Shown: positions 1 to 9,975, counted from the first letter of the stretch. The stretch: 64,000 bases of DNA from Gammaproteobacteria bacterium (GCA_015488755.1 WFNB01000025.1:745-64744); one strand, 5' to 3'. Made by a program: numbers and translations. The notes: generated from the letters alone by a model not told the origin.

Positions 1-386
1 GGCTTTCTAAAAATACTATTGTTGCGCGCAATGATAGCTTACAGGCTGATCAAATAGCGGAGCAACACGCTTTGGATCAATTCCAGCATTATTCTGCCCA
101 AGACAACAAACAAACAAGCTCAGATATAAGCCTTAATAAAAATGCTAAGGCGTTTCTTATTGGGACTATTAATTTTTCTTATATTAAACCAGAAAAAATT
201 GAAGTGAGTTTTATTTCCCCCGATCAATTCAATAATGCGAATCTTGTTATTTCTATTGAACAACTACATCAGCTTATTGGCACGATGTTAAACAAAGTCC
301 CTGATTGGGATTTGTCTAACCCATGGCAGGAAAAGAATGATCCACTAAATAGTTTACCCCTTCAGAACAATAATTTTCTACACTAG
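1..386 (+). CDS. C-terminal part of a hypothetical protein, open at the window edge
   Basis: The frame of ORF 72..386 stays open back to base 3. The listed first residue is a TTG codon. No recognisable motif. Confidence 0.4.
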   Translation, partial: LSKNTIVARNDSLQADQIAEQHALDQFQHYSAQDNKQTSSDISLNKNAKAFLIGTINFSYIKPEKIEVSFISPDQFNNANLVISIEQLHQLIGTMLNKVPDWDLSNPWQEKNDPLNSLPLQNNNFLH

Positions 387-522
387 CCTTTTGACTCTCA
401 CTTTGATGAGTTCTATACTCGTAATTAGTCAAATTTTAATTGATTAATTTAGGTTTATGCTTTTGGGTAGTGTCATGAGATGTTTTTAGTGTTGCTATTG
501 TAGCTTTAGTTTGGCTTATTTT

Positions 523-585
523 GCGGGGCTAAAGCCCCAACTCCAAAAGCGGCTACCTTATGGAGGTGGGACTTTAGTCCCGCTT
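523..585. repeat. REP-like GC-rich hairpin repeat cluster
   Basis: Stem-loops GGGGC-TAAA-GCCCC (526-539) and GGGAC-TTTA-GTCCC (568-581). The 26-mer at 523-548 recurs as an exact reverse complement at 9116-9141. Confidence 0.7.
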
Positions 586-694
586 AAACTTAACCCAAGC
601 TCCAAAACCAACCACACAATACCAAAGAGTGTCGTGGCTTGGGTTTTGTGTGGGTATAGCCTACTATAATATTGCTTTACTTGGAGGATTGATT

Positions 695-2293
695 ATGACG
701 CAAACAAGTTTGTCTGGTAATAGTAAAACAGATGGCGTATTGAGTGGCTATCAATGGGGGAATGTAAATGGTCGTTCGCAAAGGCTGAGCTATAGTTTTC
801 CTGATAATGGGTCGACATGGCCCTTTGATTATGGCAGTGGTGAACCTTTTTCTCCTTATCAATATGGCATATTCAACACCACACAGCGAAATGAGTTTAA
901 GGCTATTCTTAATGCATGGGCTGATGTGGCTAATGTAACATTTTCAGAAGTAGCAGATACAGCAACGTCAAAAGGTGATATTCGCATTGCTTTTTCTACT
1001 ATTGTTAGCGGTAATGTTGCAGGGCATGCCTATTTACCTATTTCAACTCAATATTCAGAAGCAGGTGATATTTGGTTGAATCCTGATGATGGTGATTTTT
1101 CTCTTTTTAGCCAAGGTTATGAAACCATTATTCATGAGTTGGGACATGCATTAGGATTTAAGCATCCGTTTGAAGTCAGTGATGTTAATACTCAACTCTT
1201 GACCGGTGATGAAGATTCTACTCAATATACCGTCATGTCCTATACAGAGTATGATGGCGCAGGTTATACCAGTGCTGGAGGTGGGCTGTATTATGAAACA
1301 GCAGCCTCAACACCCATGTTATATGATATAGCAGCCATACAGTTTTTATATGGAGCTAATACAACCACTAGAAGTGGGGATGATGTTTACACGTTTAGTA
1401 ATTCAAGTGCAGAGCTAAAAACAATTTGGGATGCAGGGGGGAATGATACCTTTGATTTGTCAAATCAGACATTGGCTATGAAAATTAACTTAAATGAAGG
1501 TGCATTCAGTTCGCTGGGGGTGATCACTCATAAATTAGTTGGCTCATCTATAAGAACTGTTCATGAAGCCGCTGTTGATAATATTGCCATTGCTTTTAAT
1601 GCTGAGATTGAAAATGCTATTGGCGGCTCAGGTAATGATATTATTACGGGAAATGAATTGGCTAATAAGCTAACAGGTGGTGCTGGTAATGATACCATCA
1701 TTGGTGGTTCAGGTACCGATGTCGCTTATTATTCGGGTAATTTTGCTGACTACAATATCAGTGTATCACAAGGCAATGTAACCATTAATAGTACAACGAC
1801 CAATGAAGGTATTGATATCCTAAGTGGCGTGGAACTGTTGCAATTTCAAGACTCTCTAGTTAACACCGCCAGTTTAGCTACGACACCGACAACACCCTCT
1901 GAGGTTGATACGACTCCTGATGAAGGGGCGGCTAATTCTATTAATTATTTCTTATTACAAATTAGTCAGGTATTAACCTCGAATGCAACGGTCACATATT
2001 CTACCAGTGATGGTACGGCAATTGCCGGACAAGATTATATTAGCACCTCAGGTACGGCAACGATCATTGCAGGCTCAACGAGTACGGTTATTGCGGTAGA
2101 AATTATCGGTGATTCGGTACAAGAGGCAGATGAAACCTTTTATTTGAATATTAGCGATCCTGTTGGTGGTGTCTTTCCACAAGGTTTTTCTTCTATTTCG
2201 GCCATGCACACGATTATTGATGATGATGGACCCGTTCCACAACCTTACCAATTAGATCCATTAGAAATTATAGGTGTAAATGATATTGGCTGA
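695..2293 (+). CDS. Serralysin-like (M10) zinc metalloprotease with RTX Ca-binding repeats and C-terminal Calx-beta domain
   Basis: HELGHALGFKH zinc motif, TIWDAGGNDTFDLS serralysin block, GGSGNDIITG / GGAGNDTIIGGSGTD nonapeptide repeats, and a C-terminal TVTYSTSDGTAIAGQDY...DETFYLNIS Calx-beta pattern. Start moved to ATG 695, preceded by GGAGG (683-687). Confidence 0.85.
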   Translation: MTQTSLSGNSKTDGVLSGYQWGNVNGRSQRLSYSFPDNGSTWPFDYGSGEPFSPYQYGIFNTTQRNEFKAILNAWADVANVTFSEVADTATSKGDIRIAFSTIVSGNVAGHAYLPISTQYSEAGDIWLNPDDGDFSLFSQGYETIIHELGHALGFKHPFEVSDVNTQLLTGDEDSTQYTVMSYTEYDGAGYTSAGGGLYYETAASTPMLYDIAAIQFLYGANTTTRSGDDVYTFSNSSAELKTIWDAGGNDTFDLSNQTLAMKINLNEGAFSSLGVITHKLVGSSIRTVHEAAVDNIAIAFNAEIENAIGGSGNDIITGNELANKLTGGAGNDTIIGGSGTDVAYYSGNFADYNISVSQGNVTINSTTTNEGIDILSGVELLQFQDSLVNTASLATTPTTPSEVDTTPDEGAANSINYFLLQISQVLTSNATVTYSTSDGTAIAGQDYISTSGTATIIAGSTSTVIAVEIIGDSVQEADETFYLNISDPVGGVFPQGFSSISAMHTIIDDDGPVPQPYQLDPLEIIGVNDIG

Positions 2294-3461
2294 AAATGGC
2301 GTTGTTTTTTTAAAAAACACTGGGATATCTCAAGCCTCAGGTGCATTGCTGTGGACGGGTAAACATATTATTACCGCAGCACATTTTTTTGATGAGGTTG
2401 ATGATCTCGATAATATTACTATTGGCTTTAATAGTGAGCTTAGTCTTTTGGCAGCACAGATTGCTAATGTTACTATTCATCCGGGCTGGGAGGCTGATCC
2501 TAATAACTTTAATCATGATATTGCTATTATTGAACTCAAAGCAGAGGTCGATACAAGGATCAGTCGCTATCAAATTTATCGTGATTTTAATGAATTTGAT
2601 ACTGTTTTTACGAGAGTGGGCTATAGCAATACGATTAATCCACTCACGGGAACTCAAATAGGAACGAATAAAGTTTTTCATTCAGGTAGCAATCAATATG
2701 ATGTAACAACCGATAAACTGGATAATGTTTTAAATAAAAGTATTCTTAGTGATATGCAACTGAGCTACGACTTTGATGATGGTAGTCCTGAGCATGATGC
2801 CTATGGGCAAGTGCTGAACTTGCATGATACTGGAACGGGGAGTGAAGAAGTGTTCAGTCGGCCAGGAGATTCTGGTGGCCCAGCCTTTATTGATGATAAA
2901 ATTGCCGGTATTGCCAGTTATATTTTCCGTTACGAAAGTGCTACGATTGACCCAGATATTACCTCAGAAGTGGATTCTAGTTATGGAGAACTTGCTTCAG
3001 ATACACGAGTGGCAAAATATGCCGATTGGATAGATAAAACGGTTCTAGGAAATGATTACATACAACGGGTTCCAACGACTATTGAGCAGGTTGATTTGTA
3101 TCCAGTTGAAGTGAATAACCAGACCAGTATTAATTATTTTTTATTATCAATTAATAAGGCACTGGTCGTTGATAGTCGTGTTCACTATGAAACAGTCGAT
3201 GGCTCAGCTATTGCTGGCAGTGATTATATTGCGACTTCTGGGACGGCAGTGATTCCAGCAGGGCAATTATCGGTAGCGATTGGAGTGCAAATTATAGGTG
3301 ATACGCAAAGTGAGCCTGATGAGAACTTTTTTCTTCGGATCACCGATCCTCAAGGGGCTATTTTTCCTGACGGTGTGACCGAACTATTGGCAGAGCATAC
3401 TATTATTGATAATGATTCGTTGACACCATCCCCTCTGATTTCAGCCGATATTATTGTATAA
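2280..3461 (+). CDS. Trypsin-like (S1) serine protease with C-terminal Calx-beta domain
   Basis: Catalytic triad contexts TAAHF, DIAII and GDSGGP. C-terminal VHYETVDGSAIAGSDY...DENFFLRIT Calx-beta pattern. ATG 2280 overlaps the upstream gene end by 14 nt. Confidence 0.8.
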   Translation: MILAENGVVFLKNTGISQASGALLWTGKHIITAAHFFDEVDDLDNITIGFNSELSLLAAQIANVTIHPGWEADPNNFNHDIAIIELKAEVDTRISRYQIYRDFNEFDTVFTRVGYSNTINPLTGTQIGTNKVFHSGSNQYDVTTDKLDNVLNKSILSDMQLSYDFDDGSPEHDAYGQVLNLHDTGTGSEEVFSRPGDSGGPAFIDDKIAGIASYIFRYESATIDPDITSEVDSSYGELASDTRVAKYADWIDKTVLGNDYIQRVPTTIEQVDLYPVEVNNQTSINYFLLSINKALVVDSRVHYETVDGSAIAGSDYIATSGTAVIPAGQLSVAIGVQIIGDTQSEPDENFFLRITDPQGAIFPDGVTELLAEHTIIDNDSLTPSPLISADIIV

Positions 3462-3649
3462 AAGTGCACTGTTCTCCTTTCTCTAGGCTAAAGCTCATTA
3501 TCTCAGTGATGGATTTATCATTGTTTATGCAGGGCATTGCTCTTTTTTAGCTCTGCTAAATCCTTTCCTACTATGTTAAAATGAAGCTTCGAATGAGCAC
3601 CGCTCAGTCATTCTTATTAAGAACTAGATATGGAAGCGATTGTAAAACT

Positions 3650-4756
3650 ATGAAAAAAGCGCTAATCACTGGTGTAACCGGTCAAGATGGAGCCTATTTG
3701 GCTGAATTTTTATTAAAAAAAGGTTATGAGGTACATGGCATTAAGCGGCGCGCCTCTTCGTTTAATACCGATCGAATTGATCACTTATACCAAGACCCTC
3801 ATGTGAGCAATCGGCATTTTATTTTGCACTATGGTGACTTGAGTGATTCAATGAATTTAGTGCGTATTATTCAGGAAGTACGTCCCGATGAAATTTATAA
3901 TTTAGGTGCTCAAAGCCATGTTGCCGTATCGTTTGAAAGCCCTGAGTATACTGCAGATACTGTTGGCTTGGGTGCTTTGCGTATTTTAGAAGCCATTCGT
4001 ATTTCGGGGCTAGAAAAAACAACCCGTTATTATCAAGCCTCTACCTCAGAATTATTTGGTAAAGTACAAGAAATACCACAGAAGGAAACCACGCCTTTTT
4101 ACCCTCGCTCTCCTTATGCCGCAGCCAAGCTTTATGCCTATTGGATTACGATTAACTACCGTGAAGCCTATGGTATTTATGCCTGTAATGGTATTTTATT
4201 TAACCATGAATCGCCAGTACGGGGTGAAACCTTTGTTACCCGAAAAATTACCCGAGCCATTTCTCGTATTAGTTTAGGCTTACAGGATTGCTTGTTTTTG
4301 GGTAATATGGATGCCAAACGGGATTGGGGACATGCGAAAGATTATGTTGAAATGCAGTGGTTGATGTTACAACAAGATGAGCCAGAAGATTATTGTATTG
4401 CCACAGGCGTACAATACTCAGTGCGGGACTTTGTTAATGCCGCCGCTAAAGAGCTGGGTGTTATATTGCGTTGGGAAGGCTCTGGCATAGATGAAAAAGG
4501 TATTGTTGTTGAAACTGGAGACACCTCTTTGAGTGTTGGTCAGGTGGTGGTTCAGGTTGACAAGCGTTACTTCCGCCCAACGGAAGTAGAAACCTTATTA
4601 GGTGATCCAAGTAAGGCAAAAGAAAAACTGGGTTGGGTGCCACAAATTACCTTAGAAGAAATGGTCGCTGAAATGGTGCGTGAAGACCTTGCGATTGCAC
4701 AACGTGATGAATTATGTCGCAATGAAGGCTTTAAGACCTTTGATTATAATGAGTAA
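3650..4756 (+). CDS. gmd: GDP-mannose 4,6-dehydratase
   Basis: [23 protein letters not shown]-terminus and full-length family resemblance. Start set to ATG 3650 rather than the ORF-track 3581. Confidence 0.93.
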   Translation: MKKALITGVTGQDGAYLAEFLLKKGYEVHGIKRRASSFNTDRIDHLYQDPHVSNRHFILHYGDLSDSMNLVRIIQEVRPDEIYNLGAQSHVAVSFESPEYTADTVGLGALRILEAIRISGLEKTTRYYQASTSELFGKVQEIPQKETTPFYPRSPYAAAKLYAYWITINYREAYGIYACNGILFNHESPVRGETFVTRKITRAISRISLGLQDCLFLGNMDAKRDWGHAKDYVEMQWLMLQQDEPEDYCIATGVQYSVRDFVNAAAKELGVILRWEGSGIDEKGIVVETGDTSLSVGQVVVQVDKRYFRPTEVETLLGDPSKAKEKLGWVPQITLEEMVAEMVREDLAIAQRDELCRNEGFKTFDYNE

Positions 4757-4792
4757 ACTAAATTTGCTTACTGCCTATTTGAGTCCTATTGT

Positions 4793-5758
4793 ATGAACAA
4801 ACAGTCTAAAATTTATGTAGCAGGGCATCGTGGCATGGTTGGCAGTGCTATTATCCGTCAATTGCATACTCAGGGATTTGATAATATTATTAGCCGAACT
4901 CATGCTGAGTTAGACTTATGTGATCAGCTGGCTGTACGGGAGTTTATGCATAGTGAAAAGCCCGATTATGTGGTCTTGGCGGCGGCGAAGGTCGGGGGTA
5001 TTCATGCAAATAATGAATATCCTGCGGAGTTTATTTATCAAAATATGATGGTTGAGGCCAATGTAGTGCATGAAGCCCATAGTGCTGGGGTAGAGCATTT
5101 ACTGTTTTTAGGCAGTTCGTGCATTTATCCTAAATTGGCCCATCAACCTATGGCAGAGAGTGAGTTGCTGACAGGCTTTCTAGAACCAACCAATGAACCT
5201 TATGCGGTGGCTAAAATTGCCGGTATTAAATTGTGTGAATCTTATAATCGCCAATACGGTATGGATTATCGCAGTGTTATGCCCACCAATCTTTATGGTC
5301 CAGGTGATAACTACCAAGGTATTAATAGTCATGTTGTACCATCCATGATTAAGCGCTTTCATGATGCGAAATTGGCACAACAGCCAGCGGTTGAGGTTTG
5401 GGGAACGGGGCGTGTGAGGAGAGAATTTCTGCATGTTGATGATATGGCCATTGCCAGTGTTTTTATTATGCAATTGGATAAAGCAACCTATTTAGACAAT
5501 ACTCAAGCAATGCTCTCACATATTAATGTTGGCAGTGGTCAGGATGTGACCATCGCTGAATTAGCACAGCACATAAAAGAGGTGGTGGGCTTTTCCGGTG
5601 AGCTTGTTTTTGATACCTCAAAACCAGAAGGCACACCAAGAAAATTATTGGATGTTAGTCGTCTGAATCGTATGGGCTGGCAAGCAACAATAAGCCTCAA
5701 AGACGGCTTAAAAGATTCTTATCAATGGTACTTAGAGCGAGTCTTAACAGACAAATAA
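4793..5758 (+). CDS. fcl: GDP-L-fucose synthase (GDP-4-keto-6-deoxymannose epimerase/reductase)
   Basis: [14 protein letters not shown] Rossmann N-terminus, YAVAKIAG active-site block, and position directly after gmd. Confidence 0.9.
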   Translation: MNKQSKIYVAGHRGMVGSAIIRQLHTQGFDNIISRTHAELDLCDQLAVREFMHSEKPDYVVLAAAKVGGIHANNEYPAEFIYQNMMVEANVVHEAHSAGVEHLLFLGSSCIYPKLAHQPMAESELLTGFLEPTNEPYAVAKIAGIKLCESYNRQYGMDYRSVMPTNLYGPGDNYQGINSHVVPSMIKRFHDAKLAQQPAVEVWGTGRVRREFLHVDDMAIASVFIMQLDKATYLDNTQAMLSHINVGSGQDVTIAELAQHIKEVVGFSGELVFDTSKPEGTPRKLLDVSRLNRMGWQATISLKDGLKDSYQWYLERVLTDK

Positions 5759-5778
5759 TTGAGATTGGGGGACTGAAT

Positions 5779-6303
5779 ATGCACGCCTTGCAACCACATA
5801 ATATTACGCTAGCAGAATATTTTAGTATGACCGGTTTGCCTGAGAGAACAGAATTAATTAATGGCGTAATATACGACATGGTGCCACCAGGGCCTAGCCA
5901 TTCTTTTACCGTTGGGGAACTGGCAAAATATTTATTTCTGAATATAAATGATGCAGCTATTCGTCAGGAACAACCCATACAATTGTTCTCTGATAACGCA
6001 CCGCAACCTGATATTGCTATTCTTAAAGCGTCTAATAACGAGTACCGCACAGAGCATCCGTTTGCAGAGGATGTTATTGCTTTGATTGAGGTATCCGATA
6101 GCACACTTCATTATGATCAGCATGATAAAATGAGGCTTTATGCGCAATCTGGTATTCCATTGTATTATATTGTGGATTTAGAGCATAAATGCATGATAAA
6201 ACATACTCAGCCTATCGAAAATACTTATGAACTAATTGAGCAAACACAGGAGTTAAGCATCGAATCATTGGCTATCAGTCTAACTGTAAGCGATATTACC
6301 TAA
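5779..6303 (+). CDS. Uma2 (DUF820) family endonuclease
   Basis: Family-typical blocks ELINGVIYDMVPPGPSHS, PDIAILK and EVSDST. ATG 5779 follows a GGGGGA Shine-Dalgarno-like run. Confidence 0.7.
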   Translation: MHALQPHNITLAEYFSMTGLPERTELINGVIYDMVPPGPSHSFTVGELAKYLFLNINDAAIRQEQPIQLFSDNAPQPDIAILKASNNEYRTEHPFAEDVIALIEVSDSTLHYDQHDKMRLYAQSGIPLYYIVDLEHKCMIKHTQPIENTYELIEQTQELSIESLAISLTVSDIT

Positions 6304-6731
6304 TCCCATTCGCCTGTTAAATGATGTATAAGATCATCAGCATCTAATTCAGAAATCACTTTTCCTTGCACCGATTGACCTGCTGTATGGACGGATCCTT
6401 TATCGCCCGTTAATAATGGATGCCATGATGGCAAAGGCTTGTGCTCTGCTAAACGGCGATAAGCACAGCTTGCGGGCATAAAATAGATCTGTTCTAAGTT
6501 GTCAGGTGTCAAAGTAACACACTCAGGTACCAGAACACTTCGTTGTGAATAGTGGCTGCATTGGCATTGCTCACTATCAAGATATTGGCAAACAACATTG
6601 GTGGTATAAATATCGCCGGTATCTTCATCCTCAAGCTTATGCAAACAGCATTTGGCACAGCCATCACAGAGCTGTTCCCATTCAGATTGACTTAATTCCT
6701 TAAGCGTTTTTATTTCCCAGAAAGCGTCCAT
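6300..6731 (-). CDS. ycgN: YcgN-family (UPF0260) cysteine-cluster protein
   Basis: WEQLCDGCAKCCLHKLEDEDTGDIYTTNVVCQYLD matches the UPF0260/YcgN pattern. Confidence 0.8.
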   Translation of the reverse strand: MDAFWEIKTLKELSQSEWEQLCDGCAKCCLHKLEDEDTGDIYTTNVVCQYLDSEQCQCSHYSQRSVLVPECVTLTPDNLEQIYFMPASCAYRRLAEHKPLPSWHPLLTGDKGSVHTAGQSVQGKVISELDADDLIHHLTGEWD

Positions 6732-6861
6732 AATTGAGCGTCCATTGTCCGTTTGCTTGTATAGATTTATTTAGGATTATAGGTCTTTTTATTGTGTTTA
6801 GGTGGATAAAGTTGTATAAAATAACAATTTGAATAAAAGTGAAATAATTTAGGAGAAATCA

Positions 6862-7251
6862 ATGTACGGTATTCAGGTCAGTGTGGATTGTGATGTAGTT
6901 GAGGCAGAAAAAAGAGCCATTGAAGCACTTAAGGCAGAAGGTTTTGGCGTATTGACTGAAATTGATGTTAAAGCGGTATTGAAAAAGAAAATTGATGTCG
7001 ATCGCAAGCCATATAAAATTTTGGGTGCCTGTAATCCTGTGCTGGCGAACAAGGCACTAGAGGCGGAGCCTGATCTGGGTTTACTCCTGCCTTGTAATGT
7101 CGTTATACGTGAGGAAGACGATGGTAGCACAACAATTTCTATTGTTGATCCAGCGGCTATGTTCACTGTGGTCAATAAGCCGGAAATGGCGGAGATGGCA
7201 AATGAAGTGAGAGAGATTTTTGAACGTATTATGGCTAGCCTAAAAAGCTAA
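6862..7251 (+). CDS. DUF302 domain protein
   Basis: Size and blocks FGVLTEIDV...ILGACNP...PCNVVI are typical of DUF302. AGGAG lies upstream. Confidence 0.7.
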   Translation: MYGIQVSVDCDVVEAEKRAIEALKAEGFGVLTEIDVKAVLKKKIDVDRKPYKILGACNPVLANKALEAEPDLGLLLPCNVVIREEDDGSTTISIVDPAAMFTVVNKPEMAEMANEVREIFERIMASLKS

Positions 7252-7273
7252 GTCGCACGATTAAAGATAAATC

Positions 7274-8317
7274 ATGCCTCAACGAATCGAGTTAATTAAA
7301 CACTGGTTAACAAAACAACTTCATGCGGACATCCACGACTTTAAAGTGGCTTCCAATGATGCCAGTTTTCGGCGCTATTTTAGGGTGTCATTTAATAATA
7401 AAGTAGCAGAGCAGATTGCTGGTCAGACATTTATTATTATGGATGCTCCACCCCAGAAAGAAGCGATTACCCCCTTTGTTACTATTGCCTTATCCTTAGA
7501 AACAACGGGTGTTCATGTGCCCCATATCCATGCTGTTAATCAAGAGCTAGGTTTTATTTTACTATCTGATTTAGGGCAAAAAGATTATTTGACCTTATTG
7601 AACTCAGACTTAGATCGAGAAAGAATTGATAAATTGTATGCCGATGCCATGAGTGCTTTAGTGGTGATGCAACTGGGTTTACGCACAGACTCTGAGCAGA
7701 AAAAAATGGCTCTTTTTCCCTATGATGCTGAACGTTTGCAAATGGAAATGCAACTATTACCTGACTGGTATGCAAAGATACATTGCCAGCACCCCTTAAA
7801 TGAGGCCGAGCAAGTTATTTGGCAACAAGCAATGTCTCGTCTGGTTGAGTCAGCTCAAGAACAGCCACAAGTCTTTGTGCACCGTGACTATCATTCACGA
7901 AACCTGATGTATTATGAGGCACACAATCCAGGTGTCATTGATTTTCAGGATGCCGTCATTGGGCCAATTACTTACGATGTGGTATCGCTACTGCGTGATA
8001 GCTATATTTCGTGGCCAGATGATAGAGTTTATGATTGGTTGGAGCAATACCGCCAGATGTTGCTTAGAGAAAATCTATTAACCGAGGATAACAAAGAGCA
8101 ATTTGTCCGCTGGTTTGATTGGATGGGTATTCAACGCCAGCTAAAGGTTGTGGGTATTTTTTGTCGTTTGAATTATCGAGATGGTAAAGCAAACTATCTT
8201 AATGATATTCCACAAACTTTGGCTTATTTATTTAATGTATGCGCTCGTTATTCGGAGTTTTCAGAGTTGTTAGATTTACTTCTAAGGTTGGATAAAACAA
8301 CAAAAGCGATTAATTAA
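7274..8317 (+). CDS. amgK: Aminoglycoside-phosphotransferase-fold kinase, likely anomeric MurNAc/GlcNAc kinase
   Basis: APH-type HRDYHSRN and IDFQD motifs. Directly followed by a MurU-type nucleotidyltransferase, as in the amgK-murU recycling pair. Confidence 0.75.
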   Translation: MPQRIELIKHWLTKQLHADIHDFKVASNDASFRRYFRVSFNNKVAEQIAGQTFIIMDAPPQKEAITPFVTIALSLETTGVHVPHIHAVNQELGFILLSDLGQKDYLTLLNSDLDRERIDKLYADAMSALVVMQLGLRTDSEQKKMALFPYDAERLQMEMQLLPDWYAKIHCQHPLNEAEQVIWQQAMSRLVESAQEQPQVFVHRDYHSRNLMYYEAHNPGVIDFQDAVIGPITYDVVSLLRDSYISWPDDRVYDWLEQYRQMLLRENLLTEDNKEQFVRWFDWMGIQRQLKVVGIFCRLNYRDGKANYLNDIPQTLAYLFNVCARYSEFSELLDLLLRLDKTTKAIN

Positions 8318-8333
8318 TGAAAACTATCAATTA

Positions 8334-9059
8334 ATGAAAGCAATGATTTTAGCTGCTGGGCGTGGTGAACGTATGCGTCCTCTTACTGATCGACTTCCTA
8401 AGCCCTTGTTAAAAATTGCCGGTAAAAGTTTGATTGAATATCATATCGAAGCCTTAGTTTGTGCTGGAGTGACAGATATTATTATTAATCATGCTTGGTT
8501 GGGGGCTAAAATTGAGGCGCAGTTAGGTGATGGTTCACGCTATGGTGCCAATATCTGCTATTCGTGTGAATCTCAAGCCTTAGAAACAGCCGGTGGCATT
8601 AAACAGGCTTTGCCTTTTTTTGCAGGAGAGCCTTTTATTGTTGTTAATGGGGATGTCTTTAGTGATTACCCATTTAGCCAGCTTATTGATAAAAGTGAAT
8701 GCTTACTTTCTTTGAAAGGTAGTTGCCAAGCCTATCTTGTGTTAGTAAATAACCCAGAACATCATCCAGAAGGTGATTTTTATTGTGTTGAATCGTGTGT
8801 TTTTGATCGCTATAGTGATACGGTATTAGAAAAAAAAGGTGTGGCAAAACGATATACTTATAGTGGTATTGCTTGTTATCACCCTGATTTTTTTACTTCT
8901 ATGGGAACAGGGAAATATGCCTTAGCACCCATGTTGCGTGAGGCTATGAGCCAAGGGCAAGTCATGGGAGAAGTGTATCAGGGGCAATGGTGGGATATAG
9001 GAACACCACAGCGTTTAGAAGAGTTAAGGTTACAAATTAAGCTTAATATTGGCAACTGA
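8334..9059 (+). CDS. murU: N-acetylmuramate alpha-1-phosphate uridylyltransferase
   Basis: MKAMILAAGRGERMRPLTDRLPKPLL nucleotidyltransferase N-terminus, paired with amgK. Confidence 0.8.
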   Translation: MKAMILAAGRGERMRPLTDRLPKPLLKIAGKSLIEYHIEALVCAGVTDIIINHAWLGAKIEAQLGDGSRYGANICYSCESQALETAGGIKQALPFFAGEPFIVVNGDVFSDYPFSQLIDKSECLLSLKGSCQAYLVLVNNPEHHPEGDFYCVESCVFDRYSDTVLEKKGVAKRYTYSGIACYHPDFFTSMGTGKYALAPMLREAMSQGQVMGEVYQGQWWDIGTPQRLEELRLQIKLNIGN

Positions 9060-9115
9060 CAAAGTATTTTATGAGCAGTTGATGATTAAAAACAGTTTGT
9101 GGGTGGAGTTGGCGT

Positions 9116-9141
9116 TTTTGGAGTTGGGGCTTTAGCCCCGC
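9116..9141. repeat. REP-like hairpin repeat, inverted copy
   Basis: TTTTGGAGTTGGGGCTTTAGCCCCGC is the exact reverse complement of 523-548. Confidence 0.75.
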
Positions 9142-9207
9142 AAGCTCTGGGACTTGGGTTTGGGCTAAAGCCTTGGAACCAATAAGTTTGCCATTTCATA
9201 AAGACAT

Positions 9208-9236
9208 ACGGTCACTTAAGAGTGAATAGTGACCGT
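9208..9236. terminator. Hairpin between convergent genes, possible bidirectional terminator
   Basis: ACGGTCACT-N11-AGTGACCGT 9-bp stem. U-tracts are weak. Confidence 0.35.
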
Positions 9237-9275
9237 TATAAATGACGTGCTGAAAAAACGAGTGATACTAATGGC

Positions 9276-9923
9276 TTAAATCATGTCAAATGAAGTATCT
9301 ATTGGTGTCTCGTGAGAGCCAACAATACTGATTTCTTCATAAGGCGTGTTATAGATATAATGGCTTGGATCTGAATCATTGCCAGAGTCATTGTGGTTAT
9401 TATTGGCATTATTATCGTTGCCTGAATCATTATGATTGCCATTATTATCATTGCCATTATTATCATTGCCATTATTATCATTGCCATTATTATTATTGCC
9501 TGAATCATTATGATTATTTAATAAATCATCAGCATCTCTAATACGAGTAGTTAAAAAATCGTTATCAAGATTGTTTCGGGCACTAGATAAAATCTCATGT
9601 TGCAATTCATCTAGAGATAGTCCGGTTGCTCGTGCTGTCCATGCAGCTAAACCATCATCACTGGGTGCTCGTCCCAATGAATTACTAAATATAAAAGAAA
9701 CCATCTCCTCATCATTTTTGTCGCCATAAATTGCTGAACTTTCAGTGGATGATAGCATCTCATGTAATATATTGACTTCTGCGTCATCACTAGACAAGCC
9801 TGAGTTAAGCTTGGTTTCATACCGGCTTGCCCATGCATTTAGGGCTGAGGTTGATGAAACAGGACGTGCAAAAGCAGCTTGAAATAATTCTGAAATAACT
9901 TCTTCATTGTGGGTAAATGCCAT
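9276..9923 (-). CDS. DUF4214-domain protein with Asn/Asp/Gly-rich tandem repeat region
   Basis: Two DUF4214-like blocks (FQAAFARPVSS...LNAWASRY and SNSLGRAPSDDGLAAWTA) followed by (GNDNN)n. No signal peptide. Confidence 0.6.
   Translation of the reverse strand: MAFTHNEEVISELFQAAFARPVSSTSALNAWASRYETKLNSGLSSDDAEVNILHEMLSSTESSAIYGDKNDEEMVSFIFSNSLGRAPSDDGLAAWTARATGLSLDELQHEILSSARNNLDNDFLTTRIRDADDLLNNHNDSGNNNNGNDNNGNDNNGNDNNGNHNDSGNDNNANNNHNDSGNDSDPSHYIYNTPYEEISIVGSHETPIDTSFDMI
9435..9494. repeat. 15-bp in-frame tandem repeat (4 units) inside the DUF4214 gene
   Basis: ATTGCCATTATTATC repeated four times head-to-tail. It encodes the GNDNN units on the minus strand. Confidence 0.9.
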
Positions 9924-9975
9924 AGTTGTATTCTCTCTATAATAATTAATTTAACTCTAGTGGTTCGTTCACGTT

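Noticed and set aside
441-461. 21-mer TGATTAATTTAGGTTTATGCT, also present with one mismatch at 23931-23951 (upstream of the Tat-DsrE-like gene)
   Set aside because: It is AT-rich and short, the flanks show no similarity, and one or two such matches are expected by chance in 64 kb of AT-rich DNA. Worth rechecking only if it recurs genome-wide.
629-694. Upstream GTG start of the serralysin-like ORF giving a hydrophobic N-terminal extension that could be read as a signal peptide
   Set aside because: The extension lies in the REP-like repeat region. ATG 695 has a GGAGG at ideal spacing. Serralysin-type proteins normally lack signal peptides.
3581-3649. N-terminal extensions in the ORF track for gmd (also dapB 24998-25087, fructosamine kinase 34803-34967, Uma2 5725-5778, TetR 49469-49498, pseudopilin 51106-51162)
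   Set aside because: Internal ATG codons align with the conserved family N-termini and remove overlaps with neighbouring genes.
9435-9494. Tandem 15-bp repeats, and the 16-bp repeats at 37486-37532, considered as a possible CRISPR array
   Set aside because: The units are contiguous with no spacers and far shorter than CRISPR repeats. The first set is in-frame coding sequence. No cas genes are present.
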